Source of the DNA: Bdellovibrionales bacterium
GTDB lineage: Bacteria; Bdellovibrionota; Bdellovibrionia; Bdellovibrionales; UBA1609
Length of the DNA: 64,000 bases
Assembly (NCBI GenBank): GCA_965203095.1
Contig: OZ241877.1
Coordinates: 768,001-832,000 of the forward strand
Direction: 5' to 3'
Shown here: one piece after another, positions 1 to 11,984 of the stretch
Layout: each line of letters starts with the position of its first letter
Position numbering within the stretch: position 1 is the stretch's first letter
Program-made: the position numbers and the translations under genes
The notes under the pieces: generated by a model
What the model was told of the DNA's origin: nothing
Databases searched by the model: none
The model's input: only the letters and a program-made list of their open reading frames with translations

Positions 1-262
1 TTATGTAATTCATCAAAAATAATGTATTTTTTCCCTCGATCCCATGATCTATTCATAAAAATTTTATGATTTTCCCGATCATCATAGCTCAAATAATCAA
101 AAGAAGGACCTAAGTTTTTTGAAAGAGTGGTTTTGCCACTTTGCCGAGGGCCTGAAACAAGTAAAATTTTATGCCTCAAATCCTTTAACAAATAAGGCAA
201 AAGGTATCGTTTAAAAGGAGCTTTCATAATGCAATTTTAGCTGAGCCTTCTTATAAAATCAA

Positions 263-292
263 GACTAAAATGACCTATAAGTCATTTTAGTC
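263..292. repeat. Perfect 12-bp inverted repeat GACTAAAATGAC-N6-GTCATTTTAGTC
   Basis: Read directly; intergenic, upstream of the AAA ATPase. Confidence 0.85.
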
Positions 293-392
293 ACGACTTT
301 TTGGCTTTTTCTGCCATTATGGCCGGACGGCCTTCTGAATGTGGGAAAGCGGGCCGGAGGATAAAACTCAAATGTTGATTTTGAAGGATAAA

Positions 393-439
393 TTCCAAAA
401 TAGTCTTGACTTTTTTGGAATCTGATCCAAAATAGTCTT
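393..439 (+). promoter_or_regulatory. Putative promoter/operator: 14-bp direct repeat TCCAAAATAGTCTT (394-407, 426-439), inverted TTCCAAAA/TTTTGGAA, TTGACT-N16-CAAAAT; possibly leaderless transcript
   Basis: Repeats seen directly; promoter role inferred from sigma70-like hexamers ending 6 nt before ATG 440. Confidence 0.45.
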
Positions 440-1582
440 ATGAAGAAAAAACTTTTTTATCGCTTAAATCAGGCTGTTTTGCTTAAGGATCTCAAACAAA
501 AAATGGTCTTTCTGACAGGTCCTCGGCAAGTCGGAAAAACATGGCTATCTAAAAAAATAATGAAATATTATAAAAATCCAGTTTATTTAAACTACGACTC
601 TTTTAAAGACAGAGAAATTATTGACAAGCAATCTTGGTTGAAATCCTCAGATCTTATTGTTTTTGATGAGATTCATAAAATGGATCAATGGAAAAACTAT
701 CTCAAAGGAGTTTTTGACTCCCGCCCCCAGCACCAGCACATTTTAGTCACAGGGAGTGCCCGGCTAAAGCATATTGCACAATCAGGGGATTCTCTTGCAG
801 GGCGGTTTTTTTCTCATACTCTGTTGCCTTTTTCTTTTTTTGAGTTAAGCCAAATTGGCAAAGTCTCTTTTAACAAACTTTTTAGCAGAGGAGGATTCCC
901 TGAGCCTCTGTTAATTTCAAAGTCAGCTGATTCAGCTGAAAGATGGAGAGAGCAGTATATCTTTTCTTTATTAAGGGAGGATATTCCTGATTTTAAGAGC
1001 TTTCAAAATTATAAAAAGTTGGAAACTCTTTTACATCTTATAAGAGGAAGTGTTGGTTCTCCAATTTCTTTTAACTCCCTTTCTCAAGCTTTGAAGGTGG
1101 ATCATAAAACAATTTCAAAATATATATCTGTTTTAGAAGATCTGTTTATTGTGTTTCAAATACCGGCTTTTTCAAAAAATATTTCCCGCTCTCTCTCTAA
1201 GCCAAAGAAAATTTATTTTTACGATTTTGCTTTTATTGAAGGCAAAGGCGGGAGGCTGGAAAATTTAACAGCCTTACATTTGTTAAAACACTGTCTTTAT
1301 TTAAAGGAGAATAAGCCCTCTAAAGCTCTGAGCTTAACTTACCTCAGAACCAAAGAGAAAAAAGAAGTAGATTTCCTTTTGATAAAAAAAGGCACTCCTC
1401 ATCTTATGATTGAAGTCAAAACAAAGCCCACAGGCTTTAGCAAAAATCTTTTGTTTTTTTATGATCGGTATGAGATTGAAGGCAAGCAAGTTTGTCTCAA
1501 TTTGAGACAACCACAACAAATGAAAGGGAAAAAAGTGTTTATTGAAGATTTAGAAGGTTTTTTATTGAATTTAAAAACTTAA
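440..1582 (+). CDS. AAA_14 family ATPase with C-terminal DUF4143 (PD-(D/E)xK-like) domain
   Basis: Walker A GPRQVGKT, Walker B IVFDEIH, TGS, LAGR, GGFPE, KKIYFYD, EVDF..IEVK motifs. Confidence 0.9.
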   Translation: MKKKLFYRLNQAVLLKDLKQKMVFLTGPRQVGKTWLSKKIMKYYKNPVYLNYDSFKDREIIDKQSWLKSSDLIVFDEIHKMDQWKNYLKGVFDSRPQHQHILVTGSARLKHIAQSGDSLAGRFFSHTLLPFSFFELSQIGKVSFNKLFSRGGFPEPLLISKSADSAERWREQYIFSLLREDIPDFKSFQNYKKLETLLHLIRGSVGSPISFNSLSQALKVDHKTISKYISVLEDLFIVFQIPAFSKNISRSLSKPKKIYFYDFAFIEGKGGRLENLTALHLLKHCLYLKENKPSKALSLTYLRTKEKKEVDFLLIKKGTPHLMIEVKTKPTGFSKNLLFFYDRYEIEGKQVCLNLRQPQQMKGKKVFIEDLEGFLLNLKT

Positions 1583-1672
1583 TGAAAGAAGTTTATTATA
1601 GTGATCTGTGAAAAAGTTTGACCAAAAGCCAGCTCTCATGAAATGGGTGTTTTTCCTGCAAGCAAGTTTTCT

Positions 1673-1697
1673 GGATTCCCGTTTTCACGGGAATGAC
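1673..1697 (-). repeat. dRS3/CGTC-like palindromic element (GTCATTCCCGTGAAAACGGGAATCC)
   Basis: ATTCCC-N8-GGGAAT core; identical to copy at 61305-61329. Confidence 0.9.
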
Positions 1698-1952
1698 TAA
1701 CAGACGACTATTTAACCGAAAATTTTTATTGAGCTTAATGTATTTCATAAATAATAAGGGGATGGCTTTTTTTGTCCTAAAAAAGCTTATCAAAAACTTT
1801 GGCTTGAGTCCAGACTGTAGGACATCCTTTTTAAAAAACCTGATTCCTCTAAAAGCCTTATAATAACAGGGGGATTTTAAGCTTGATAAATATGTAAAAA
1901 TGAGCTAAAAACTTTTGTAAGTGGAAAAAACAAAACAACAGGAAGGCTGATC

Positions 1953-3401
1953 ATGGCTGTCCAAATTTTTATCAATGTTCGTCCCTATCAAACCCGTGTG
2001 GCTTGTGTGGAAAGGGGCCGGCTCAAACATATCTTTTACCATCGAAGCAAATCTCCCTCCCTTGTAGGGGCTTTATATAAGGGACGTGTGGTTAAAATTG
2101 TTCGAACACTGAATCATGCCTTTGTGGATTTGGGCTTAGAGCGATCGGGTTTTCTCTACGGAAAAGACCTCTTAGGGCCTAATAAAGAGGTGTCCTCACT
2201 TTTAAAGCCAGGTAAGGAGATCTTGGTTCAAATCAAAGCGGATCCTATAAGGAGCAAAGGGGTTCGATTGAGCATGGAGATTGGCTTAGCAGGGCTTTAT
2301 GTGGTTTATTTGCCGGGGCAAAGGGCCAAAACCACTTTATCACGACAAATTATCTCTTTAAAGGAACGGGAAAGATTGGAAAACATTGTTAAAAAATTTA
2401 AAGAGCGAGGGGCTTTAATTGTCCGGACTTTTGCACAAAAACAGCCAGCAAAAGCTATTGAAAAGGATCTCTCCCAGTTAAAAGGACAATGGAAGGAGAT
2501 ACAAAAAAGATTTCAAAAACAAAAAGAGTTAGGGCAAATTTATAAAGGGGAAGATTCTCTTTTAGCCTTTTTAAGAGATGCTTTGAGTTTTAATGTTCAG
2601 CGATTTGTTGTGGACGAAAAGGAGACTTTTAAAAAAGTCACCAACTGGCTTAAAACCTTTCGCCCAGATCTGGCTGAAAAAACAGAGTTAGACAAAATGT
2701 CTAAAGGGCTTTTCTCAAGGTTTGGCTTAGAGGATCAAGCTCAAAAAAGCCGGCAAAAAAAACTGCCTCTGAGGAGTGGAGGTTTTTTGATTTTTGAGGA
2801 GCTGGAGGCTTTTTCAGTAATTGATGTCAATTCCGGCCGTTTTTCTGGCACTGGTAGAAACCTATCAAAAAGCTTTTTGCGATTGAATTTAGAAGCCGCC
2901 AAGCAAATTGCAGAGCAAGTCCAACTCCGGAACTTAGGAGGGATCATCCTTATAGATTTTATTGATATGGAATATCCAGAAGATGGGGAAAAAGTCATCT
3001 CTTGCTTAGAGCGAGGTTTTAGAGGCGACAAATCTCACACCAGGGTTTTTCCTATGGGAGAATTAGGACTGGCACAAATCACCAGAAAAAGAAGTGCCAA
3101 CTCCCTTTCTCACTTTATGACAGAAGTTTGCCTCTCTTGCCAGGGAGCAGGCAGAAAAAAAACTCTTCTTAGCCTTGTAGCCGATCTGTTTTTAAAAATT
3201 GAAAAAATGGCCCCTCCTGTTCGCCGGCTGATAGGTAAAAAACAGAAAATCCGTATCACTTGCCATCCTCAAATTAAAACTTATGTTCAAAAAGAGGAGG
3301 AAGAGACATTGAAGTTTTTTAACAAGCAATTATCCCTTTCGCTGTTGTGGAAAGAGGATCCTCAGCTACCTTTGGAAAACTTTAGGATAGAAAAGCTCTA
3401 A
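1953..3401 (+). CDS. rng: Ribonuclease G (Rne/Rng family)
   Basis: S1 domain (YKGRV..AFVDLG), IDVNSG, LRNLGGIILIDFIDM, TRKR, CxxCxG; length typical of RNase G. Confidence 0.9.
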   Translation: MAVQIFINVRPYQTRVACVERGRLKHIFYHRSKSPSLVGALYKGRVVKIVRTLNHAFVDLGLERSGFLYGKDLLGPNKEVSSLLKPGKEILVQIKADPIRSKGVRLSMEIGLAGLYVVYLPGQRAKTTLSRQIISLKERERLENIVKKFKERGALIVRTFAQKQPAKAIEKDLSQLKGQWKEIQKRFQKQKELGQIYKGEDSLLAFLRDALSFNVQRFVVDEKETFKKVTNWLKTFRPDLAEKTELDKMSKGLFSRFGLEDQAQKSRQKKLPLRSGGFLIFEELEAFSVIDVNSGRFSGTGRNLSKSFLRLNLEAAKQIAEQVQLRNLGGIILIDFIDMEYPEDGEKVISCLERGFRGDKSHTRVFPMGELGLAQITRKRSANSLSHFMTEVCLSCQGAGRKKTLLSLVADLFLKIEKMAPPVRRLIGKKQKIRITCHPQIKTYVQKEEEETLKFFNKQLSLSLLWKEDPQLPLENFRIEKL

Positions 3402-3403
3402 TT

Positions 3404-3796
3404 TTAAAGATCCAACTCAGCAGAAAGCCATAACCTTTCTTTTTCCAGATTTTCTCTTTCCGCCGGCTTTATGTCTTCCCGCTTTAATTGCTCTAAAATG
3501 CTTTTCAACTCCTTTTCCACTGTCAGCCGGTCCAGAGTTTTTTTAGTGGCGGCAGACTCTGCTAAAATTCTCACATCCCCAGAATGCACTTCTAAATAAC
3601 CCCAACCTAAGGCCAACTTTTCCCAAGAAGAAGATTTCTCTGGTAAATATTTTAAAACTCCAGCCTCTAATAGAGTCACAAGTGAGGCGTGACCGGGAAG
3701 AATGCCCAAATAGCCTTTGACAGAGGGGGCAAGAACTTCTTGAACCGACAGGTTTTTTAAAAGCGGTTGTTCAGGAGTAAAAAGGCTGAGTTTCAT
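3404..3796 (-). CDS. atpC: ATP synthase F1 epsilon subunit
   Basis: TPE..GYLGILPGHA motif; last gene of atp operon. Confidence 0.93.
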   Translation of the reverse strand: MKLSLFTPEQPLLKNLSVQEVLAPSVKGYLGILPGHASLVTLLEAGVLKYLPEKSSSWEKLALGWGYLEVHSGDVRILAESAATKKTLDRLTVEKELKSILEQLKREDIKPAERENLEKERLWLSAELDL

Positions 3797-3805
3797 TTTT
3801 GCTTT

Positions 3806-5200
<1,395 letters not shown>

Positions 5201-6079
5201 TTATTTTAAAGATTCTGACCCAGCAATAATCTCCGTCAGCTCTGTTGTGATAGAGCTTTGCCGGAGTTTGTTATATTGTAAACTAAGGACATTTACAGCC
5301 TCTTTAGCATTTTTTGTTGCACTCTCCATAGCCGTCATTCGAGAGCCATGTTCCGCCGCCACATTCTCACAAAGGCAACGATAAATTTGAATGCTAAAGT
5401 ATCTTTCTAAAAGGTTTTCCATAAGTTTTTTTGGAGAGATCTCAAATAAAATATCTTTTGAAAATAGATTTTCCCTTGATGAAGACAACCTTTCTGAAGA
5501 TAAATCAAAAGGTAAAAATCTCTCGCAAACAATCCGCGGAGCTATTACAGACTTAAACTCATTGTAAATCATAAAAACCCCATGGTAATCTTTATGTAAA
5601 ACTTTATCCATAAACTCTTTTGCTATTCGAGAGGATAAAGGATAACTGGCCTCTTTAACAACATTTAAAATTAAGCCTTGAGAAGTAAAACCCCGGAATT
5701 TAAAATAATCAAAGCCTTTTTTGCCGATAAAAAACAGATCTTGAGTTTCAAACTCTTCCCGTTTTAAAAGCTCTTCTGTAAAACGACAAATATTCCCATT
5801 AAAAGCACCACAAAGCCCTCGGTCGCTTGTCATTACAACAAACAAAACCCTTTTAAAGTGCTTTTGCGATTTTTGCTCTAAAAAAGGGTGATGGACTCTC
5901 CCACTTAAAGTCACATCCTTTAAAAGCCTCTCTAAGGCTTGAGCATAATCCCTTAAATTTAAAATCCGGCTTTGAGCCGATCGCAAACGGACTGTGGAAA
6001 CCATTTTCATAGCTTGAGTCATCTGCTGAGTGTTTTTCACACTCCCTATCCGATTTTTAATTTCTTTTAACCCGGACAT
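5201..6079 (-). CDS. atpG: ATP synthase F1 gamma subunit
   Basis: SDRGLCG, RMTAM, RQSSITTEL. Confidence 0.98.
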   Translation of the reverse strand: MSGLKEIKNRIGSVKNTQQMTQAMKMVSTVRLRSAQSRILNLRDYAQALERLLKDVTLSGRVHHPFLEQKSQKHFKRVLFVVMTSDRGLCGAFNGNICRFTEELLKREEFETQDLFFIGKKGFDYFKFRGFTSQGLILNVVKEASYPLSSRIAKEFMDKVLHKDYHGVFMIYNEFKSVIAPRIVCERFLPFDLSSERLSSSRENLFSKDILFEISPKKLMENLLERYFSIQIYRCLCENVAAEHGSRMTAMESATKNAKEAVNVLSLQYNKLRQSSITTELTEIIAGSESLK

Positions 6080-6099
6080 AATTTTAATTTAAAAAAGGT

Positions 6100-7617
6100 T
6101 TATGCCTGCTCTTTAAAAACTGCTTGAAACTCTTGCAAGATTTCTTTGAGTTGCTTTTCTAAAGATTCGCTCAGCTTTTTTTCTTTTTTTAAAGTGGACA
6201 ACCAAAGGGAATAGCGATTTTGGACAAATTCCAAAAGCTCTTTTTCAAACTGCCCCACTTTTGAGCTGGGAATATCATCTAAATAGCCTTTTGTTCCCAC
6301 AAATATTACAAGGATTTGCTTTTCAACAGGTAATGGAGAACTTTCTAACTGTTTTAAGATCTCCACCAATCGCTCTCCGCGGGCCAACTGTTTTTTAGAG
6401 GCAGGATCCAAGTCGGAGGCAAAAGCAGAAAAAGATTCCAAAGCTCGAAATTGGGCCAAATCCAATTTTAAAGTTCCGGCCACTTGTTTCATGGCTTTAA
6501 TTTGAGCTGACCCCCCCACACGGGAGACGGACTTGCCTACATTTATAGCCGGCCGGATATTTTTATAAAACAAATCGGATTCCAAAAAAATTTGCCCGTC
6601 TGTGATGGATATGACATTTGTAGGGATGTAAGCAGAAATATCGCCAGCTTGTGTCTCCACAATGGGCAAAGCAGTTAAAGAACCTCCTCCCTTAGAGGAA
6701 TTGAGCTTAGCGGCTCTCTCCAACAAACGGGAATGAATATAAAAAATATCCCCTGGAAAAGCCTCTCGCCCTGGGGGCCTTCGTAAAAGAAGGGAGACCT
6801 GCCTATAAGCCTGGGCTTGTTTTGTCAAATCGTCATAGATGATAAGGGCATGTTGTTTTTTATCGCGAAAATACTCCGCCATAGTGACTCCACTGTAAGG
6901 AGCTAAAAATTGCAGAGGGGCTGGATCAGAGGCTGTGGCACAAATCACCGTGCTGTATTCCATAGCTCCTGCCTGCCTTAGTTTTTCCACCACTTGAGCC
7001 ACAGTGGATTTTTTTTGCCCTATGGCCACATAAAAGCACTTCACCCCCTGTCCCTTTTGATTGATAATGCTGTCTACAGCAATAGCTGTTTTTCCAGTTT
7101 GCCGATCACCAATAATAAGCTCCCTTTGCCCTCTTCCAATAGGGATCATGGAGTCAATGGCTTTTATTCCGGTTTGTAAAGGCTCGCTCACTGGCTCTCT
7201 ACTGATAATGCCAGGGGCTTTTTTTTCTAAAGGCTCAAAAGTTGTGCTTTGAATAGCACCTAAGCCGTCTATGGCTTGGCCTAAAGTATTAACCACTCGG
7301 CCCAACAGAGCCTCCCCCACAGGGACTTCAATGATCTTTTTCGTCCTATAAACTTTATCCCCCTCTTTCACATCCCTTTCTGAGCCTAAAAGTGCCAGGC
7401 TCACACTATCTCTTTCTAAATTTAAAGCTAAGGCTTTAGCCCCGCCTTCAAAAGAGACAATCTCCCCCATCATCACATTTTGTAGCCCTACAGCTCGCGA
7501 GACACCGTCCCCTACAGAGACAATTTGCCCCCACTCCGCCAGATCTAAAGATTTTTCATAGTTTTGGATTTGCTCTTTTAAAAGCCGACTGATCTCATCA
7601 GGTTGAAATAAAGACAT
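6100..7617 (-). CDS. atpA: ATP synthase F1 alpha subunit
   Basis: [18 protein letters not shown]. Confidence 0.99.
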   Translation of the reverse strand: MSLFQPDEISRLLKEQIQNYEKSLDLAEWGQIVSVGDGVSRAVGLQNVMMGEIVSFEGGAKALALNLERDSVSLALLGSERDVKEGDKVYRTKKIIEVPVGEALLGRVVNTLGQAIDGLGAIQSTTFEPLEKKAPGIISREPVSEPLQTGIKAIDSMIPIGRGQRELIIGDRQTGKTAIAVDSIINQKGQGVKCFYVAIGQKKSTVAQVVEKLRQAGAMEYSTVICATASDPAPLQFLAPYSGVTMAEYFRDKKQHALIIYDDLTKQAQAYRQVSLLLRRPPGREAFPGDIFYIHSRLLERAAKLNSSKGGGSLTALPIVETQAGDISAYIPTNVISITDGQIFLESDLFYKNIRPAINVGKSVSRVGGSAQIKAMKQVAGTLKLDLAQFRALESFSAFASDLDPASKKQLARGERLVEILKQLESSPLPVEKQILVIFVGTKGYLDDIPSSKVGQFEKELLEFVQNRYSLWLSTLKKEKKLSESLEKQLKEILQEFQAVFKEQA

Positions 7618-7621
7618 AATT

Positions 7622-8131
7622 TTATCCTTTCCAATTAAAGCGATTCAAATGGTGCTTGACCGTGCTGTCAAAAATAAAGCCTCCCGCTTGAACACGAAAA
7701 CCACCTATAAGGCTTTTATCCTCTTTGAGTTTTAAATCAAGTTTTTTATTAAAAAATCGCCCTAAAACCTCTTTTATTTTTTGTTGGTTCTCTAAAGGAA
7801 CAGGATGGGCACTAAACAAAAAACCCCTTATAATCCCGTTTTTTTCATCCTGCAAATCCCGATAAACCGACACAATCTGTGGGAGAAGAGGGAAGGTTTT
7901 GTTGTCCATTAAAATAAAAAAAAAGTTTTTTATCACAGGAGAGCAAAATTCCATTGCCTGAGATAATACCTGCCGTTGGGCTTTATGAGGAATAGCTGGG
8001 GAGAGAAAAAACTCTAAAACCTCTTTTTGGGAGAAAATGCGAGCAAGAGACTCTAATTGAGGAGTCAGATCTTTAGAAGGATCCATTTCAAAAAGAGACT
8101 GAGCATAAATTTGAACTTTTTTATAACTCAA
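7622..8131 (-). CDS. atpH: ATP synthase F1 delta subunit
   Basis: YAQSLF, DKSLIGG..DST OSCP-like motifs; operon position. Confidence 0.92.
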   Translation of the reverse strand: MSYKKVQIYAQSLFEMDPSKDLTPQLESLARIFSQKEVLEFFLSPAIPHKAQRQVLSQAMEFCSPVIKNFFFILMDNKTFPLLPQIVSVYRDLQDEKNGIIRGFLFSAHPVPLENQQKIKEVLGRFFNKKLDLKLKEDKSLIGGFRVQAGGFIFDSTVKHHLNRFNWKG

Positions 8132-8685
8132 AGCCGGCCCTCCATTTGATTTAAAAATTCTTGAATTTGTTGGGCTTTCAGCTCAGGTGAGAGGGCCTGC
8201 TCTCCTAATTCTTGCCTAACAGATTGAGCCAAGCGGGCTTTCCATTTTTTAAGCAGTTCTTTTTTGGCCTTTTCCCTTTCTCTGTTGAGCAAAAAATCAG
8301 CCTCCCTTGTTAACTGAACTTTTAAGCTTTTAAGCTGTTCTTTTTTTTGAAGATCCAGCCTTTCCCCTTCGGCCTGAGCCTTTTGCTGGATATGGCTCTC
8401 CTGCTTTTCTAATTCAGAGAGTTTTTTGCCCCAAGAGGCTAACTCTGTTTTTCTCTTTTTTTCCACTTCGGCCGTTTGTTTTTCAAAAGAAAAAAACTCT
8501 TCTTGTCTTTTATGGAAAAAAATCTGGACTGGTTTCCGGATTAAAAAAAACAAGGCCAAAGCAAAAAGGGAAAAATTAAAAGCTTGAATCCACACTCCTT
8601 TTGCCAGAGATCCCTCCTCCGTAGCGGATAAGCTTTCCGGACAAAATAAAAACAAAGCACAAATCAAGACAATATGAAAGGGCAT
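8128..8685 (-). CDS. atpF: ATP synthase F0 subunit b (start reassigned to ATG 8685)
   Basis: QAFNF + TM + KP + coiled coil; the ORF-track extension to 9135 overlaps the b' gene. Confidence 0.85.
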   Translation of the reverse strand: MPFHIVLICALFLFCPESLSATEEGSLAKGVWIQAFNFSLFALALFFLIRKPVQIFFHKRQEEFFSFEKQTAEVEKKRKTELASWGKKLSELEKQESHIQQKAQAEGERLDLQKKEQLKSLKVQLTREADFLLNREREKAKKELLKKWKARLAQSVRQELGEQALSPELKAQQIQEFLNQMEGRL

Positions 8686-8687
8686 GG

Positions 8688-9125
8688 TCAACTCTGTATC
8701 TTTTCCTTTAAAAGCTGAAGAAGAGTGGGAAAATCTTTTTTTAGGTTTTCCTCTTGCTTTTCCATCTCTATTTTGAGATTTTGCCGTTCTTTTTTTATCC
8801 GTTCCTTTTGAGCTGTCTTTATCTTGAGAGTCTCTTTGAGGTAATGCTCCTCCGCCTTTTGTTTGATCCTGCCAAAAAACTGCTGAAAACTCCGGTGAAT
8901 CTGTCGGGCTTTTTGTTCGTAAAGATTCTTTTTCTTTTCGATCTCCTCTTCTAAAGCCTTGTTGCTTTGCAGTCTTCCTTTGGTAAGCTCCTCCCTCCGG
9001 CGAAAAGCCTCCAAATAAGGCTGAAAAAGCCATTTTTTTAAGGCAAAATACAAGCCTATAGCCAATGCTATTTGGTAAAAAAGGCTTTTGTCCAAACCTA
9101 AGGTAATAATAAGATCGTTTAACAT
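8688..9125 (-). CDS. ATP synthase F0 subunit b'
   Basis: N-terminal TM, LFQPY..RR, coiled coil; first gene of operon. Confidence 0.82.
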   Translation of the reverse strand: MLNDLIITLGLDKSLFYQIALAIGLYFALKKWLFQPYLEAFRRREELTKGRLQSNKALEEEIEKKKNLYEQKARQIHRSFQQFFGRIKQKAEEHYLKETLKIKTAQKERIKKERQNLKIEMEKQEENLKKDFPTLLQLLKEKIQS

Positions 9126-9294
9126 TGTCCCTCATTTAATTTTTTTCAATTTTTCAAAACAAAATACAAAAGTCAAGGAAAAAATTCAAATAAATATATA
9201 TTATTTTACCATAAAGCCATCTCTTGAAATCTCTCAAAAAATGAACTTAGTTTGAACTATAAAAGTTGTATTTTGCTTGTCTTTTCATTCTCTT

Positions 9295-11259
9295 TTAATA
9301 GTTTGTAATCAACACCTCTGTAATTTGTTTTTTTTGGTTGTTATGGTAGTTGATATAATTACTTTCTATTTTATGAACATTATATTTTTTCATCCATTTA
9401 ATCAATAGATTATTTTTATCCCCATTATAATGAGTCACATTTGACAGAGCAAATTTAATATTCTTTTCATTCAAATTATCAACCAAAGATAACAAATCAA
9501 CTTCCAGTTTTTCACTCCAAAGTTTATTGTATTCACTGCTTGTTATTAAATAAGGTGGATCTAAATAGATAAAGTCATCTTTTAAATAGTTTATTTTATT
9601 TAGAAATTGTTTAAAATCTTTTGCTGTGAGATTTATATTTTTATCCTGAACAAAAGAGAAATAAGAATTAAGAGCATTGACAACATTTTTATTAAAATCT
9701 ACATTTCCAACCGGGAGATTGAATTTCCCTCTTCCATTAAATCTAAGCATTCTATTAAAACCATATATTAACAAAACATAGAGAATTAGAGGGTCATTTT
9801 CTTTATTCTTATTAACTTGTTTCCTTAACTTTTCATAACCTGTTTTATTAAATTTTGCATAATATGTTTTTTTAAAAGTTTTTTTTAAAAAATCTGGAAC
9901 AATATCCTTTTTATATGAATGAGACAGCTTATATTTGTATATTATCTTTTCAAGATCTATAAAAAAATCATTTTTTATAGAAGCATTTTTTATTAAAATC
10001 TTGTGTATGTTTATCAAATTTTTATCTATATCGTTTAAAAAATATTTTTTTGCTTGAATGTTTAAAAAAACTGTTCCTCCTCCAACAAATGGTTCATAAA
10101 AATTATTTATTTTTTTTGGAAATAATCTACCTAATTGACTCATCAATTTATATTTATCTCCGACATAAAAAAAGGGAGACCTTTTGATTTTTCTATTACT
10201 GCCAACTTCAGTTATAAACAAATATTCTTTGTGATTATTGAAATCAGTGTTTCCTGTATTAAAATAACGGTAATCTTTTCTAAAAGTTTTCGTCTGGCCT
10301 TTTTTATTTAAAATATTTTTTATTTCCTCAAGTGTAATTTTGTTTTGTGATGAACTGCTTTTTGAATTGTAAGTATTATTATATGATACAACTAAATATT
10401 TTGTGTTTATATCATTGATCAATTCAGCAAATTTAGATTTTGCACTTTCTCTACAATAATCACTCATATTTTCTCGCTCTGGTTTTAATGCGACTCCATA
10501 AAGTTTTGGATTGTCCCATTTTGTAAGTGTTTCTAAAATATGATAAAACCTACTATACTGTCTTGAATTGTAAGGAGGATCAATATAAACAATATCAGCT
10601 TTAATTTTTTTAGCTAATAAATTTGTATCTTCTCTAAAAATTGACAGTTTGTCTATATTTAAAGGGTGTATTGAACGCATATAAAAATTATCTTTAATAG
10701 ATTGTTTTTTAAAATAAGCATCATAGTGCCCCACTGTATTAGCGATTTTATCTGTTGAATAAAGCAATCCTGCTATTAAAATATAATATTCTTTTTTAGT
10801 GAATTTCCTTTTATTATCTTCAATATTTTGTCTAATAAATCCAATAATTTTTGATGAGCTTTTAGAAAAATATCTCTTACCAAAATTTTTAGAAAAATAG
10901 TTTTCATTCAAACTATTTGCATTGATATTATTATAACTATTTATAATAGATTTTATTTTATTTTGATTCCAGGATCCTTTTTCAAAAAAAGCTTTATAAA
11001 TGATATAATTGGAATAAAGAAAATCATTTAAAATAATTTTATTAAAGTATTTACTTGCAATAGCCCCTACTACCCCTGTGCCAGCAAAAATATCAGCGAA
11101 AGAATCGCCTGAACATTCTTTATTTAGGATGGAGAAAATCCAATCTGTTAATTTGTGTTTATTGCCAATATATCTACGATTTTGTAATTGAAAAAAGTCA
11201 TTTTCAATGAAAGAAGATTTATCAAAATTTGTGCTAAAAAAACTTGTTTGAACTTCCAT
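9295..11259 (-). CDS. Fused two-domain N6-adenine DNA methyltransferase (D12 class, M.FokI-like architecture)
   Basis: Two FxGxG (FAGTG, FVGGG) and two DPPY motifs; markedly AT-rich; start could be 11259 or 11292. Confidence 0.9.
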   Translation of the reverse strand: MEVQTSFFSTNFDKSSFIENDFFQLQNRRYIGNKHKLTDWIFSILNKECSGDSFADIFAGTGVVGAIASKYFNKIILNDFLYSNYIIYKAFFEKGSWNQNKIKSIINSYNNINANSLNENYFSKNFGKRYFSKSSSKIIGFIRQNIEDNKRKFTKKEYYILIAGLLYSTDKIANTVGHYDAYFKKQSIKDNFYMRSIHPLNIDKLSIFREDTNLLAKKIKADIVYIDPPYNSRQYSRFYHILETLTKWDNPKLYGVALKPERENMSDYCRESAKSKFAELINDINTKYLVVSYNNTYNSKSSSSQNKITLEEIKNILNKKGQTKTFRKDYRYFNTGNTDFNNHKEYLFITEVGSNRKIKRSPFFYVGDKYKLMSQLGRLFPKKINNFYEPFVGGGTVFLNIQAKKYFLNDIDKNLINIHKILIKNASIKNDFFIDLEKIIYKYKLSHSYKKDIVPDFLKKTFKKTYYAKFNKTGYEKLRKQVNKNKENDPLILYVLLIYGFNRMLRFNGRGKFNLPVGNVDFNKNVVNALNSYFSFVQDKNINLTAKDFKQFLNKINYLKDDFIYLDPPYLITSSEYNKLWSEKLEVDLLSLVDNLNEKNIKFALSNVTHYNGDKNNLLIKWMKKYNVHKIESNYINYHNNQKKQITEVLITNY

Positions 11260-11519
11260 AGTGTAAGTTGTTAAGCAATACGGCATTGCCAAATATTTTA
11301 AATATATATTATATAAAATATTATATAAAAATTGTTAAGCAGTAGAATGACGCAATCAAGAATAAAGTCTGGTTTTATATTGAATTCTTTGAATGTTTTA
11401 GCTTATACTCGATAAATTATCTTGTGTTTTCCCAGTTAAAGGGTAGGATTTTTTGAAAGATCTTAACGGGAAAGCTTTTTTCGCTTTCCACTAATGGAGA
11501 TTATGCACATGAATACCCG

Positions 11520-11846
11520 TCAAAGTTTTTTTGAAGAGCCTTCAAAAAAGACCCCTTCTTTTATTGTCAAAGAAGGGGTAGCCACTTCCCCCATAAATCG
11601 AGCGGGAGGCTCCATCCGCACACTTTTGCGGGCCAAAATCTTGCCTTTAAACTCCCCTAACAAAATCAGATGATCTACCTCTGCCTTATCTGCTGATACT
11701 TTTGCAGAGGCTGATATAATTAAACTGCCAGCCCCTTTTATAGAGCCTTTGAGTTGGCCTGCCACACGAGCTGTCCCTTTAAACCTAAGCTCCCCCTCAA
11801 AAACAGCTGATTCTGCTAATATGACTTGTAAAGATTCTTTTTCCAT
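11520..11846 (-). CDS. Bactofilin (polymer-forming cytoskeletal protein)
   Basis: FEGELRF..G..G..G repeats, IKEGVFFEG C-terminus. Confidence 0.88.
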   Translation of the reverse strand: MEKESLQVILAESAVFEGELRFKGTARVAGQLKGSIKGAGSLIISASAKVSADKAEVDHLILLGEFKGKILARKSVRMEPPARFMGEVATPSLTIKEGVFFEGSSKKL

Positions 11847-11925
11847 AAACTGCCCCTTCTTCATTTTGTATATCATTAAATTTTGAGACAGGCCAACTGT
11901 ATATTTAGTTGCCTGTAAAAAAGCT

Positions 11926-11984
11926 CTCACCGCTGGGCCCTCCTTTACCTATGCGATAAAGGGACAAAGGTTTTTTACGGGGGA
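11926..11984 (+). repeat. Partial (right-arm) copy of hairpin family B
   Basis: CTCACCGCTGG...ATGCGATAAAGGGACA...TTTTTACG matches 60850-60897. Confidence 0.65.

Noticed and set aside
310..362. GC-rich intergenic patch as possible ncRNA/riboswitch
   Set aside because: No recognisable family motif or convincing stem by eye
1596..1793. Small ORF containing VIPVKTGIQ
   Set aside because: Translation of the palindromic element; no independent coding evidence
8686..9135. 335-aa version of atpF
   Set aside because: The extension overlaps the b' gene in another frame; ATG 8685 gives a normal b subunit
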